Shown piece after piece: positions 45,159 to 60,019 of a stretch of 64,000 bases of DNA (positions within the stretch are counted from its first letter, which is position 1; each line of letters starts with the position of its first letter). Position numbers and translations under genes: made by a program. The notes below the pieces were generated by a model. It saw nothing but the letters and a program-made list of their open reading frames with translations, made no database searches and had not been told where the DNA came from. Source of the stretch: Octopus vulgaris (lineage: Eukaryota); assembly GCA_951406725.2 (NCBI GenBank), contig OX597835.1, forward strand, positions 26,970,001 to 27,034,000, read 5' to 3'.

Positions 45159-45566
45159 CTCTTTTACTCTTTTACTTGTTTCAGTCATTTGACTGCGGCC
45201 ATGCTGGAGCACCACCTTTAATCGAGCAACTCGACCCCGGGACTTATTCTTTTGTAAGCCCAGTACTTATTCTATCGGTCTCTTTTGCCGAACCGCTAAG
45301 TTACGGGGACATAAACACACCAGCATCGGTTGTCAAGCAATGCTAGGGGGACAAACACAGACACACAAACACACACACGCATATATATATATATACATAT
45401 ATACAACGGGCTTCTTTCAGTTTCCGTCTACCAAATCCACTCACAAGGCTTTGGTCGGCCCGAGGCTATAGTAGAAGACACTTGCCCAAGGTGCCACGCA
45501 GTGGGACTGAACCCGGAACCATGTGGTTGGTAAACAAGCTACTTACCACACAGCCACTCCTGCGCC
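45159..45566 (-). mobile_element. SINE family A, best-preserved full-length copy
   Basis: GGCGCAGGAGTGGCTGTGTGG A box, GGGTTCAGTCCC B box, CORE-like CCTTGGGCAAGTGTCTT, central (AT)/(GT), tail GAAACAAGTAAAAGAGTAAAAGAG. Confidence 0.93.
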
Positions 45567-46009
45567 TGAGATAGAATTAGCTGCTACTCCTAGCAGTCGT
45601 ACAACTAGGTACAGGCTCTCAGGTTGACTCGATAACTTATTAGCGCCAAGTCTTAAATGAGTCGATGTGAGAAGCCAATCATCAAAGGCGTTTCAGTTAT
45701 GACCATCACGTCAGTTAACCTGACAGCATTTGAACTGTAGTGTAGAATGTGTCACATCTCAAGAACACTAACTTGCTCCCACCCACCCCAATTCTGAAAT
45801 CGAACTCACGACCTTGTGATGATGATCCCAAAACTCTAACCATTTGGCCAGAAGCTTCTTTTTTTTTTGTTCTTGAAAACTGACTTCCCGCGATTATTTT
45901 TGTCACATTTCCAATTTAATTAATCGTCTACGAACAGCAAAATATAACATTATTATATGTACGATTATTGTTATCTCCACTACTACTACTACTACTACTA
46001 CTACTATAA

Positions 46010-46085
<76 letters not shown>

Positions 46086-46091
46086 CATCAT

Positions 46092-46776
46092 CTCTTTATC
46101 ACAGGTTTTGTTGGAGCTCCTAGAGTCTTGCAAGCATAGCAGACTTACTACCTGCAGCCTACGGTACCATGCTATCTGTTCTTTTCACTTATCTAATACT
46201 TTCCTGATTATTCTGGTCGTGCCAAGAAGGCAAACCTTTTGCAACAGTTCTACTGGGCACTCTATTCCAATTTCCTTTATATCCTTCTTGATGCCTTCTG
46301 ATATTGTCCCCAAGGACCCAACAATAATTGGCGCTATCTTCACATTCTTCATTTTCCATAGCCAGACTATTTCATGCTTAAGAGGTTTGTATTTATCTAT
46401 CTTTTCGTCTCCTTTCTTGACTATTCGTGGGTCAAAGGGACATGCAACATCAACTATATAGCATATGTGGTGCACCTTCTCCACCACCACTAGGTCCGGT
46501 CTGTTATGTTCTAGCACCTGATCTGTATGGCTTGGGAAATCCCATAGGATTTTGCTAGTCTCCGACTCCACCACTGCGGTTTGTGCTCATACCACGTCTT
46601 GCCTCTCACTAGACCCCACTTTTCGCACAGTTTCCATTGTAGCACTTTCATTACCTGGTCGTGTTGTCACATCTTGTGGTGGTTTTTGATAAATCTATGG
46701 CATTTGTTCGCGATATGGGCAATAGTTTCATCCACTCTATTACAGATGCGACACAGCGGAGACACTTGCTTGTTCC

Positions 46777-46777
<1 letters not shown>
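46092..46777 (-). mobile_element. R4/Dong-like RLE retrotransposon 3' fragment
   Basis: SPLCRICNRVDETIAHIANKC; KILWDFPSHTDQVLEHNRPDLVVV..IVDVACPFD..EKIDKY..LQKVCLLGTTRIIRKVLDK*; (AAT)n both sides. Confidence 0.92.
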
Positions 46778-46832
<55 letters not shown>

Positions 46833-46954
46833 ATTATTATCATCATCATCATCATCATCATCATTATTATTACTATTATTACTATTATTAATATTATTAT
46901 TATTATTATTATTGTTATTAATATTATCATTATTATAATTATTATTATTATCTT

Positions 46955-47312
46955 CATTATATATTTCACTGTTGCTTTGTATTTGTACAAGTTGGCTCCA
47001 AGTCTCATCCAGAGACCTCAAGAGACAAGTTAGTAGTTCAAGTTGGTGTTATGCCTAGGGTGTCATATATTTGGTTTTGCACAGAGTATTGTTCTAGAGA
47101 ATATTTAAGAAAGCATAAGAAAATTATAAGTTTGTTTTAAAATTTGAGATTACATAGACAATATTTTACGTAGGATATGGGCAGTTTCCATGAGCACTAA
47201 CTTTTGAATTTTTGCCATTTGGGTGTTTCCTGGTATCACAGCTAGGTAGCAACCAGCCCCTTTTGCTTATCTTTCCTAGGGTACCTATGACAAGAGGTAT
47301 TGTTTTAGTCTT
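46955..47312 (-). mobile_element. Another R4/Dong-like RLE 3' end, decayed
   Basis: KTKTIPLVIGTLG..IQKLVLMETAHILRKILSM* then UTR running into (AAT)n. Confidence 0.72.
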
Positions 47313-48667
47313 TTTATTTTTACATTGATTTTCGGTGACCTGATCATTCATCTTCCCTAACTCATCTCTAATCTTATAATAATTATCCTCTATGCTATAT
47401 GACCACAGGCATATAGCGTAGTGGATTAGAGCGCGGGCTGCTAACCCTCGGATATATAGAAATAGAAATATTTATTACCTGGTTAAAAGAGTTAGTTGAA
47501 GGAAGTGATATAGAAGAGAGTTAGGAATATAATTTTAGCAGAGGGGTGATGTTCTGATGGTGAGATTAAAGAAAGGCACAGAGAGAGACAGACAGACAGA
47601 CAGAGATAGACAGCCAGACAGAAAGGGAGAGAGAGAGAGAGATGGCGGTGGTGATGACAATGGTGAGTGCATAGTGAAAAATATTTTTTTCTATTGAACT
47701 AAGTTTTTTATATCACCTATCACTTAACGCGTGTGCACCCCAAACTTGCCATTCACTTTAGAAAGAAACCAGTTTCCCGTTCGCCTGTCATATGCAATGA
47801 CTATTAATAAATCACACAAGGGCAAACATTTGATAAAGTAGGGCTGTTCTTGCCTGAACCTTTATGTTGCCGCAAATTATCTGATGTGTGAGTTAAAGTT
47901 TTCAACACTGACAAACAAAGGAAAAGAAGAAGGAGAACTTACACGAAGAATATAGTCTGCAAAAAGTATTGGATTAAAAGGTGCATTGGCTCTGACCCAT
48001 CGCCTTGACTTATAAGTTACCAACAATATGGTTTTCAGAGTATGCCATGTTGCATTAAATTTTTACCCCAGTGAAATTGTGACCTCTATATTTTAGATAT
48101 AAAATAATTATTTTACTATAAAACTTTTGTTTTCTAGATATGAAATTGTGACCATGTAAATTTTAAAATGTAATTTTTTCGTTTATGGGGAAAATGGAAA
48201 AAATAAGAGTGAATATTTATTTTATGAGTGTTGTGTATTAAATCAATAAAATCGTGCGCAAAGTATATAAAGTGTATATATAAAGTGCATTAAGTAATCA
48301 TCATATTCCAATTTCCTTCACTTCTCAATGAATAGCTGATGAGCAACTATCTTTTGGTACAGACACAACACAGACTACGCTTTCAGGTTTTTTGGATAAA
48401 GTTTACAAGAATAACCCAATAGGTTTACTATTAATTCTGTGAAATATTCACAGGTCTCACTAAATTGATCCACACTTGTTCACTTCCTTTCCTGGTCCAG
48501 GAATCGAACGCTTGAACTTTTGATCGCGAACTGAATATCCTTAACATTATACGAGAAGTGAATTTGAACAATCTTTCTAATTTATATTTCATATTTAGAG
48601 GAGATTAATAAACATTAATTGCTTATAAAGGTTATCATACTTAAAACAAAATACAGAGCCGAGAAAA

Positions 48668-48875
48668 TACGGAGTGGGCCGAAAGTAGGTTTACAGTTAT
48701 TCAACTATCTCTTTCGCATCCATATATTAACAGTTTAGATCTTAATTATACAAAAAAATATGAAACCATTATTCTGCGCTAATTTAGTTAATTGTAAGAT
48801 AGAAATGTAATAAAATGTTTGAAAAGAAATTTAAGGTGCCTACGTGATACCTGTAAACCTAAATTTGGACCATCC

Positions 48876-48929
<54 letters not shown>

Positions 48930-49198
48930 GGTGCCCCAGCATGGCCACAGCTCGTGAGCTGAAACTAGATAAAATTTAATAAAAAAAAAAAAATATGTTG
49001 AATCGTTAGCTCCTGCACGAATTTTTTTCTCTCTTTGTTTCTCTCCTCGTTTCTTTTCTGTGTATCTTTCTGTCGAAGAGCGTAGGCTCGAAACGTAAAA
49101 GACTTGTTTTATTTCTATTCCTGAGCACCATACTAATACAATTGTTTGTTTGTACTCCACCTGCCTTCATCTTTTGTTTATTTTCGTAAACCTTCCCG

Positions 49199-49244
<46 letters not shown>

Positions 49245-49447
49245 CGAGAAAAAGTCGTCAGAATTTTGGAAAAAAAACATTTATTTCTTCATTATTATTA
49301 GCGCTTTCGCTATGAAACCATTATTCTATGCTAATTTAGTTAATTGTAAGATAGAAATTTAAATGTAATAAAATGTTATAAAAGAAATTTAACGTGCCTA
49401 CGTGATACCGGTAAACCTATATTTGGCCTGTCCTCTATGTATATATA

Positions 49448-49508
<61 letters not shown>

Positions 49509-49770
49509 GTACGTATCTTTATGTATACAGGGTGGCCCAAATGTAGGTTTGGAGTTATTCAAGTACCTCTTTTGCATCCATATATTAACGGTTTAGATAT
49601 TTTAATTATAAAAAAAGTATGAAAGCATTATTCTATGCTAATTTAGTTTAATTTTGTCAAGCTCCCTTTTCAGTTTGTAAAATAGAAATTTAAATATGAT
49701 AAAATGTTTTAAAAGAAATTTAAAGCGCCTACGTGATAAGCTCAAACCTAGTTTTTGGCCACCCCTGTAT
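48668..49770. mobile_element. Three same-orientation copies of a Tc1/mariner-type MITE (48670-48878, ~49310-49436 partial, 49528-49766)
   Basis: TIRs CAGGGTGGCCCAAATGTAGGTTTG / CAAACCTAGTTTTTGGCCACCCCTG with TA flanks; shared interior. Confidence 0.82.
48995..49200 (+). mobile_element. ~200-bp variant-hammerhead element, copy 2
   Basis: Motif at 49065-49102. Confidence 0.78.
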
Positions 49771-49906
49771 ATAGCCGAGGTGTTATTTAGAGTGATGAAA
49801 GAATATTAATGTGACAAATATCAAAATATAATTAGTCTATTTAATGAACAACGTTATCTAAATAAATGCATACACGCAAACACACACACTCACACACACA
49901 CACAAA

Positions 49907-49950
<44 letters not shown>

Positions 49951-49989
49951 TATATGTATATCCGTATATTTGTATGTGCGTGCGTGTGT

Positions 49990-50557
<568 letters not shown>

Positions 50558-50839
50558 TTAATATAATCTGAGTAATAACCTCATAACGTGTATTTCATAT
50601 ACGGATATCATCTACCAAACGCCATTATACTGAAATATTACTCTTTTTATTGGATATGCATGTGGAAATCTGTTAGTGTATGCAGAATTTATTCAAAATT
50701 TTATGAAAACAAGAAAATAGAATGAACAGGACTTAATCATAAATCGCAACAATTGTTTCTGCGCATTCTTACATGCTGCTTTTTCCATATCGCAATTATT
50801 ACATAAAATATTTCATAAATAATTACATAAATATATATT

Positions 50840-51086
50840 CGTTGTTATGTTAAACTACCGTATGTCCAAATTTGGCCAAATGCGATTTTTTTTTTCAGTA
50901 TATATTTTTGCTTACAATAGCCGGTTCTTTTGGTCAAACTATTGTATCTTCAGCTACTTCAGATGCCAGGATATCAAAAATTGTCAAAGTGTAGTACAAT
51001 GGTTTTACTATGGAATCGTGAAACTATTTTTTCGTTTTCTGAAAAAGCAACGTTTTGGACTTACGACACTTTTGCATAATAGCAAC
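50840..51086. mobile_element. MITE-like element (second, internally deleted copy inverted at 59274-59455)
   Basis: Imperfect ~30-bp TIRs TTG(C)TATTATG..AA..GTCGTA.GTCCAA; two homologous copies. Confidence 0.7.
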
Positions 51087-51157
51087 GATCTGATCCAGCA
51101 GCATTTGTGTACCTGCACATCATCATGTAGGTGCCTTTGATATACATTTTTTATTAT

Positions 51158-51345
51158 TTATTTTACTTGCTTCAGTCGTTTGACTGTGGCCATGTTGGAG
51201 CACCGCCTTTAGTCGAACAAATTGACCCCAGGTGTTATTCTTTGTAAGCCTAGTACATATTTTATCGGTCTACTCTTTTGTCGAATCGCTAAGTTACAGG
51301 GACGTAAACAAGCCAACATCGGTTGTAAGCGACGGTGAGGGACAC
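51158..51345 (-). mobile_element. SINE family A 3' half
   Basis: Colinear with 45159-45355. Confidence 0.82.
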
Positions 51346-51585
51346 ACGCACACAAATACACACACACACATAGTCTATTCAAATAAACAAGCAATGCAAA
51401 TAAACGAATAAAAAGCGAAAAGAAGAAACAGAAAAACAACGAACGTGAGGATGTGTACAAAAAGTGTATTAGATTGACACTCGGTAAAAGGAGAGAGATT
51501 AACATTTCGAGCATAGCTCTTCGTCGGAAACATCCGAAAATGGATAAGAAATCACTAACGGCCCATACAGACACACACACAAACA

Positions 51586-51636
<51 letters not shown>

Positions 51637-51638
<2 letters not shown>

Positions 51639-51856
51639 AGAGTAAGCACATGAATGTGAAACAAGATGGGAAAAAATAGTACTGGAATACCGGGGGTAGA
51701 GTAATATGCTTTATTATCAAAACTGCAAAGGCATCACACAAACTGTTACTGAGTTTGACGTACTCATTCGTTGGGAAAACTGTCCGACGAACGGGGAACG
51801 TGAAACTCTGAGTAACAGTTTTTGTGATTTCTTTGCAGCTTAAATAATAAAGTATA
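51637..51856 (-). mobile_element. Palindromic hammerhead element, homolog of 30398-30660
   Basis: Tail reverse complement 51637-51703; motif aaaactgt-CCGACGA-ACG(gggaa)CGT-GAAA-CTCTGAG-TA-acagtttt at 51776-51822 (+). Confidence 0.8.
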
Positions 51857-51881
51857 TAATAAACGTTGACTTTTATTTATT

Positions 51882-51958
<77 letters not shown>

Positions 51959-52319
51959 TGTATGTATGTATGTATGTATGTATATACATATACATATATA
52001 TATGTATGTATGCATGTAAGTATATATATATATATATATATACATACACATACATATATATATATATACGTATGTATGTATGTATGTATGTATGTATGTA
52101 TCAAGATTAATCAGCCGAAAATGCGAGGATGATCCGGTTCTTGACTGAAGATTAGAGGCTTCGAATGACCCGTCCGTGTTTTTTGTATCGTCTATTTGAA
52201 TGTTTTGCGTTCTTGTCCCATTTTGTATTTATATATATATAGATATATATATATATACATACATATATATACATATATATATATAAATATACATATATAT
52301 ATATATATATATGTGTGTG

Positions 52320-52417
<98 letters not shown>

Positions 52418-52420
52418 CAT

Positions 52421-52615
52421 CATGTTGGATCGTTAGCCCCTACACGCAATTTGTTTTCTCTCCTTGTTTCTTTTCTCTGTATCTTTCTGTTGAAGAGCGT
52501 AGGCTCGAAACGTAAAAGACTTGTTTTATTTCTATTCCTGAGCACCATACTAATACAATTGTTTGTTTGTACTCCACCTGCCTTCATCTTTTGTTTATTT
52601 TCGTAAACCTTCCCG

Positions 52616-52618
<3 letters not shown>
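52421..52618 (+). mobile_element. ~200-bp variant-hammerhead element, copy 3
   Basis: Motif at 52482-52519; (TA)n on both sides. Confidence 0.8.
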
Positions 52619-52666
<48 letters not shown>

Positions 52667-52770
52667 AATTGGACCTTAAAGTTTCTTATGTGGTGGTTTA
52701 ATAAAGTATGTGATTGGGTATTATCTGGCAATTGATATTTGATTTGGATGTATTTCTCCATTTTTTATTT

Positions 52771-52805
<35 letters not shown>

Positions 52806-53752
52806 GACGGGATTCTTTCGGTTTCCTTTTGCCAAATTCCCTCACTAAACTTTGGTCGGTCGGGGGTGTTATAGTAATAAACACATCCCAAGCACAAGGC
52901 GTGGAGTGCTCATGAAGCGAACCCGAAACAACAGGATTTGAAATAAGGAGCTTCCCTAACCAAGCAATCACAACCTGCACCTACGCTTGATAAACATATA
53001 TCAATACAGGATATCATGTTCAAATGGTATACTTTATCATCTACTCGTGTGGGATCTTAATAAATAAACAGCAGCGATATATTACATAACGGCCTGTTGT
53101 TGGATGTCCCGCTGACAGTCACCGAAACCTAATCATTTTAAACAGCGTGCGTCACTCGGCCCTTCCTTGTCGCTTCTTTGTCTTAGCCGCCATTTTCGTA
53201 TCGTCTTCCGCAATTTTTTTTCGCCCCTAATATATCATGTCACCTCAAAAACTATCAGATACTTTGTACTGTTTTATTTTATTGATATCTGTTTCTATAT
53301 CTTTTTTTTCATCCTATTATATTTTAATTTATTCAACTTTTTTCTTTTCGTGCATATATATTTTGTGTTTTTGTTTTTTCTTTCGTATCCAAGTAAAAAT
53401 GAGTTACAGCACTGACTGCTAAGAAAAAACAAAGTTTATTTGTATATAGGTGTAGAACTGCATATATATGTGTGTGTGTGTGAGTGTGTGTGTGTGTGTG
53501 TGTGTGCGTGCGTGTGTGTGTGTATTTATATATACAAATATATATATATATGTGTGTGTATGTGTGTGTGTGTGTATATACACACACATTTCTATACATA
53601 CATGTACATAACTGTACACACACACACACACATGTATTCTACTCCTAGCTGAGGAGGTTCAATCAAAATACAGCATATACATGTATGCATATGTATATGC
53701 ATACATATATGTGCGTGCCCGTATAAATGTAAATATACATATATGTGTGTAC

Positions 53753-53973
<221 letters not shown>

Positions 53974-54549
53974 ATATATATGAGAGAGGAAGTGAGAGAG
54001 GGCTAGAGAGATTGACAGATAAATATTATATAGATAAAACTACTGTGTAATATTTTTGTGAGTGTGCGCGTGTGTGCGTCCGTCTAAATGAAACGACTCT
54101 GCTATTGTAAATTTCCGATTTTGCTGTTTGATTTTTAGTCTTCACATTTGGCTCCCATGTTTTTTTTTTTCTTTGCATGGACTACAAGAGAGAGGGGGAG
54201 AGAAAGCAAAGAAAGAAAGAAAGAGGGGGGGGGAGAGAGAGGTAAAGAAAGACGGGAAAACGAGAGAGAAATCGTGAGAAATATAGAGGAAGACAGGGGG
54301 AAAACTGCAAAGAGAGAAAGAGAGAGAGAGAGAGGGGGGCCAGAAACACATAAAAACAATTTAAAAGAACAACGTAAACCTAACGAAAGGAAAATAAACT
54401 GAAAATTATAAAAGAGCTTTGTTTAAAAAAAATCACAAAATCAATTAAACTTAGAACTAAACGAGCAAGTGAGTGAGTGTGTGCGTACAAATTTATATAT
54501 ATATATACACATACATATATATATATACATACAAATATATATACATACA

Positions 54550-54595
<46 letters not shown>

Positions 54596-54779
54596 CATAT
54601 ATATAATATATATATATACATATATACATATATATATGCATATCTATATATATATATATACATATATATGTGTATTAATATATATATTTGTATATATAAA
54701 TATACATATACATACATATCTATCTATCTATTTACGTATAAATATACATATATAATACATCTATCTATCTATCTATATA

Positions 54780-54836
<57 letters not shown>

Positions 54837-54867
54837 GTATATATACATATATATATACATATATATA

Positions 54868-54903
<36 letters not shown>

Positions 54904-55424
54904 TGTATATATTAACAGAAATAAATAAAAGGAAAATTCTCAAAGTAACGACTCTATCAAAATAGCGGAAACGAATACGAAAAACAAACAAAAATACAAA
55001 ACGAGACAAACTACATAAACCTTACATACATACATATATGTATGTATGTATGTATGTATGTACGTACGTATGTATGTATGTATGTATGTATGTATGTATG
55101 TATGTATGTATGTATGTATGTATGTATGTATGTTTGTATGTATGTATGTATGTATGTATGTATGTATGTATGTATGTATGTATGCATGCATGTATGTATA
55201 CGAAATTAAGGGGGAATAAATCAATTGTAATTTTATCAAACATTACTCATTTGCAGACATGAATCATCACGTCAAACATTAGCCATATTGAAAAATTAAT
55301 AATATCAGACATTTGTCTTCGTACAGAAACAATATTTTCTGCGCTGCCATCTTCTTGAAATTGGATGTCATTTATTAATTTGTTATGTGTTTATTTATTA
55401 ATCTATTTGTTTATTTATTTCAAC

Positions 55425-55455
<31 letters not shown>

Positions 55456-56304
55456 TTTTGTTTATTTTATTATTCGTTTTTTATTTGTTATATTTTTATT
55501 TATTTTTGTTTTATATTCTTACGTCATGTTTTCTCTTTCCTTCGTTCGTTTGTTTATGCGTTCTGATTTGAATTTTTTTTTTTCATATTTCGTTTTATTT
55601 TTTCATTTTTATTTATTTATTTTATCTTGTTTGTTTATTCATTTTTTATTTATTTATTTGCTTGTGATGTTTCTTTTTTTTCTTTTGTTTTCTATTTTTT
55701 TTTTTTTCAAAGTTGTCTACGATCAGCAGTCTGGCTGCATCTAACGGTAATGTAGCTGATGCCTTTTGTAGGCTATACTATACAACTTCCATTAATTTAG
55801 TGTCACAAAGAAATAACAGATGATGATGGACATAGAGAGAGAAGCAGAGAGAGAAATGGGATGAAGCGAGAGTGAGCGACAGAGCCGCAGAGAGAAATAA
55901 GATCTGAGAGAGAGAGGGGGAATTAATAACAAAGGGGAGGAGAGAGAACGGCGTGAGAGACACAACAAAAGACAGAGACGGGTACAGACAAATACAGGCA
56001 GTTAGAAAGAGAATGAGAGAGAGAGAGAGAGAGAGAGTAAAGATGGAATAACAGAAAAATAGAGAGCGAGATATGTAGGTACGGAGGGAGGGAGGGAGGT
56101 TGGTATGTATGTAGGTAGGTAGGTAGGTAGATAGATTGATTGATTGATTGATTGATTGACTGATTGATTGATTGATTGATTGATTGATAGACAGACAGGC
56201 AGAGACAGGCAATCAGACAGTCAGAGAGTCAGAAAGGCAGCCAGACAGAGACAGAGAGGTTTACAGATAGATAGATAGAGAGAGAGAGAGAGAGTGAGAG
56301 TGAG

Positions 56305-56378
<74 letters not shown>

Positions 56379-56432
56379 TCAGACAGACAGACAGACAGAG
56401 AGGCAGAAAGATAGACAAACATAGAGGTTTAC

Positions 56433-56523
<91 letters not shown>

Positions 56524-56537
56524 AACAGACAGACAGG

Positions 56538-56643
<106 letters not shown>

Positions 56644-56657
56644 AACAGACAGACAGG

Positions 56658-56745
<88 letters not shown>

Positions 56746-57377
56746 AAAAGAGACAGAGAAAGAAAGAAAGAAACAAAGAAACAAAGAAAGAAACAAACAA
56801 ACAAAGAAAGAAAGAAACAAAGAAACAAAGAAACAAAGATAGAAAGAAACAAAGATAGAAAGAAAGAAAGAAAGAAAGAAAGATTCATAATTGAAATATA
56901 GAAACAGAGAAAGAGATAGAGGAACAAAGCAGAGATCCAAGTGAAAAAGATAGGAAGATCAAAAGTTAGAAATACGATCGAGAAAAAAAGAGATAAAGAG
57001 AAACAGTGCGAGATGTGGAGGATGATGAGAGAATGGCTAAGACAGATAAACAGACATATTATGTATCATATACAGTGTGTCTATGCGAAGGACAGAGAGA
57101 GAGAGAAGAAGGGAGAGAAAGAAGGGAGGAGGAGAAGAGTGAGAGAAGTGAAGCGTTTAGTCACAGATTCGCTAGACTGCGTTTTTAAACGACGCTCCTC
57201 TCAGACGTGACAGAATCAAAATTTCTCTCGCCATATTTGTTTGGCTGCAAGCAAGAACGGATACTTGATGACGTCATAGTACTTTTAGTTTGCCTGAGCT
57301 ATCCAAGCTATCTTTTTTTTTTACTGTTCTGGCTATTCTACACACACACACACACACTCGCATTTCTGTTTTGCTAC

Positions 57378-57455
<78 letters not shown>

Positions 57456-57460
57456 GAAGG

Positions 57461-57511
57461 AGCTTCTACAGGACTAGTACTGTTTCATTCAAGAGAAATC
57501 TTCAGGAAGCT
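57461..57511 (-). ncRNA. Type I hammerhead ribozyme motif, mirror copy
   Basis: Exact reverse complement of 58901-58951. Confidence 0.72.
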
Positions 57512-57822
57512 ATTTAACAAGAATTGTATTAGCATTTATACATTTAGGCAGGTTTAAAGGAGTGGTGGTGGGGGACTTTTTGGGGGTAGGCATAGGCAAA
57601 ATATCATACTTGGGGAGTGGTCAAGGAGTCAGTGGTAAGTTAGATGAAAGAATAGATAAATAAAATAAAAAAATAAAAAATATATATAAAAAATATATAT
57701 ATAAAAAATATATATATAAAAAGGGGGGATAGAGTTATAGGTAAATAAGGAGATTCTCACTTATACCTATACACACATGTATACGTATCTACACACACAT
57801 ATATATATACACATATATATAT

Positions 57823-57871
<49 letters not shown>

Positions 57872-58525
57872 CACACATACATACATATCTACATACACAC
57901 ATACATACACCCGCCCACATATACAAATTTATACACATGCACATGCCTATACCTGTCTACACATACACACACGTATATATGCATACACTCACTCCCATGC
58001 ATGCACGCATACACACATGTGTATATATATATATACCCACGACCACACATACATATATACACAGAAAAATATATATTCATACGCACATACACTCATGCAC
58101 ACACAACACACCTAGTTCTCTATATACACATATTTACACCTATATATACATACACCCACATACACCTATGTACATATATATATATAGGTGTATGTGGGTG
58201 TATGTGGGTGTATGTATATAGGTGTACATAGGTGTATGTGGGTGTATGTATATATAGGTGTAAATATGTGTATATAGGGAACTAGGTGTGTTGTGTGTGC
58301 ATGAGTGTATGTGCGTATGAATATATATTTTTCTGTGTATATATGTATGTGTGGTCGTGGGTATATATATATATACACATGTGTGTATGCGTGCATGCAT
58401 GGGAGTGAGTGTATGCATATATACGTGTGTGTATGTGTAGACAGGTATAGGCATGTGCATGTGTATAAATTTGTATATGTGGGCGGGTGTATGTATGTGT
58501 GTATGTAGATATGTATGTATGTGTG

Positions 58526-58578
<53 letters not shown>

Positions 58579-58900
58579 ATATATATATGTGTATATATAT
58601 ATGTGTGTGTAGATACGTATACATGTGTGTATAGGTATAAGTGAGAATCTCCTTATTTACCTATAACTCTATCCCCCCTTTTTTTATATATATATATTTT
58701 TTATATATATATATTTTTTATATATATTTTTTATTTTTTTTTTTTTTTATTTATCTATTCTTTCATCTAACTTACCACTGACTCCTTGACCACTCCCCCA
58801 AGTATGATATTTTGCGCTATGCCTACCCCCAAAAAGTCCCCCACCACCACTCCTTTAAACCTGCCTAAATGTATAAATGCTAATACAATTCTTGTTAAAT

Positions 58901-58951
58901 AGCTTCCTGAAGATTTCTCTTGAATGAAACAGTACTAGTCCTGTAGAAGCT
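58901..58951 (+). ncRNA. Type I hammerhead ribozyme motif with canonical core
   Basis: agcttc-CTGAAGA-tTTC(tctt)GAAt-GAA-ACAG(tactagtc)CTGT-A-gaagct: 6-bp stem I, 4-bp stem III, GUA site; stem II closed by U.U. Confidence 0.72.
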
Positions 58952-59034
58952 CCTTCTATATAATAAATTAATTTTACTCTGCTATGTATTGAGTACCTTA
59001 CTTACTGTGGTTAACCCCGAATCAACCCGGGACC

Positions 59035-59103
<69 letters not shown>

Positions 59104-59222
59104 GTATGTGTATATATTTATATTTATATTTATATATATATATATATATGCATATATATCTTTCTGTCTGTGTATATATATACACACACACACACACGCG
59201 CGCATACATAGATATGTATGTT

Positions 59223-59276
<54 letters not shown>

Positions 59277-59753
59277 CTACTATGCAAAAGTTGCTTTTTC
59301 AAAAAACGAAAAAATAGTTTCACCATTCCATAGCAAAACCGTTGTACTACACTTTGACAATTGTTGATATCTTGGCATCTGGAGATACGATACTTTGACG
59401 AAAAGAACCGGCTATTGGCCAAAGTTGGACATACGACAGTTTAACATAATAGCAATGATACATATATATATATATATATATATATCTACATACTTAAATA
59501 CATACATATATATATTCGTGTATGTGTATATATTAATATATATATATATATATACTTGGGGCTGGCCAGTTTGGAGCAATCACCAGTATAATCAGCCGAA
59601 ATTGCGAAGATAATCTGGTACTCGACTGAGAAAAAACTTCGAATGAACCGTCCTGGTTTTCTCTGTGTCATCTATCTGGATGTTTTGCTGTCCCATTTTT
59701 GTATCACCTAACTGTCCGCATGTTTTGCGTTCTTGTCCCATTTTGTGTGTGTG

Positions 59754-59912
59754 TGACGGGCTTCTTTCAATTTCTGTCTATTAAATCCCTCTCACAAGGC
59801 TTCGGTCGACCCGAGGCTATTGTAGAAGACACTTGCCCAAGGTGCCGTGAAGTGTAACTGAACCCGGAACCATGTGACTGGAAAGTAATCTTCTTACCAC
59901 GCAGCCTCGCCT
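59754..59912 (-). mobile_element. SINE family A 5' half
   Basis: GAAGACACTTGCCCAAGGTGCC..TGAACCCGGAACCATG. Confidence 0.82.
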
Positions 59913-60019
59913 GTGCGTGAGTAACTCTTACTGTGTATGGATACTGAACACCTGGTGTTGAATTTGGATATAGAGGCAGTAGCCCTGCTATTTGAGATTT
60001 ACAGGATTATGGAAAGAAA

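Larger units (their letters stand above)
57447..58965. repeat. ~1.5-kb near-perfect palindrome (arms ~57447-58173 and ~58223-58965)
   Basis: Right arm is the reverse complement of left arm with only a few substitutions/microsatellite length differences. Confidence 0.97.

Noticed and set aside
47409-47452. tRNA-like 5' half with GGG-CTGCTAA-CCC loop
   Set aside because: No T arm or acceptor stem; most likely a SINE head remnant, not a tRNA gene
48336-48400. CTGATGAG hammerhead-like core
   Set aside because: No following stem II-GAAA or closing stems
53150-53195. AAAATGGCG start on minus strand (MAAKTKKRQGRAE*)
   Set aside because: 13 codons then stop; no splice evidence
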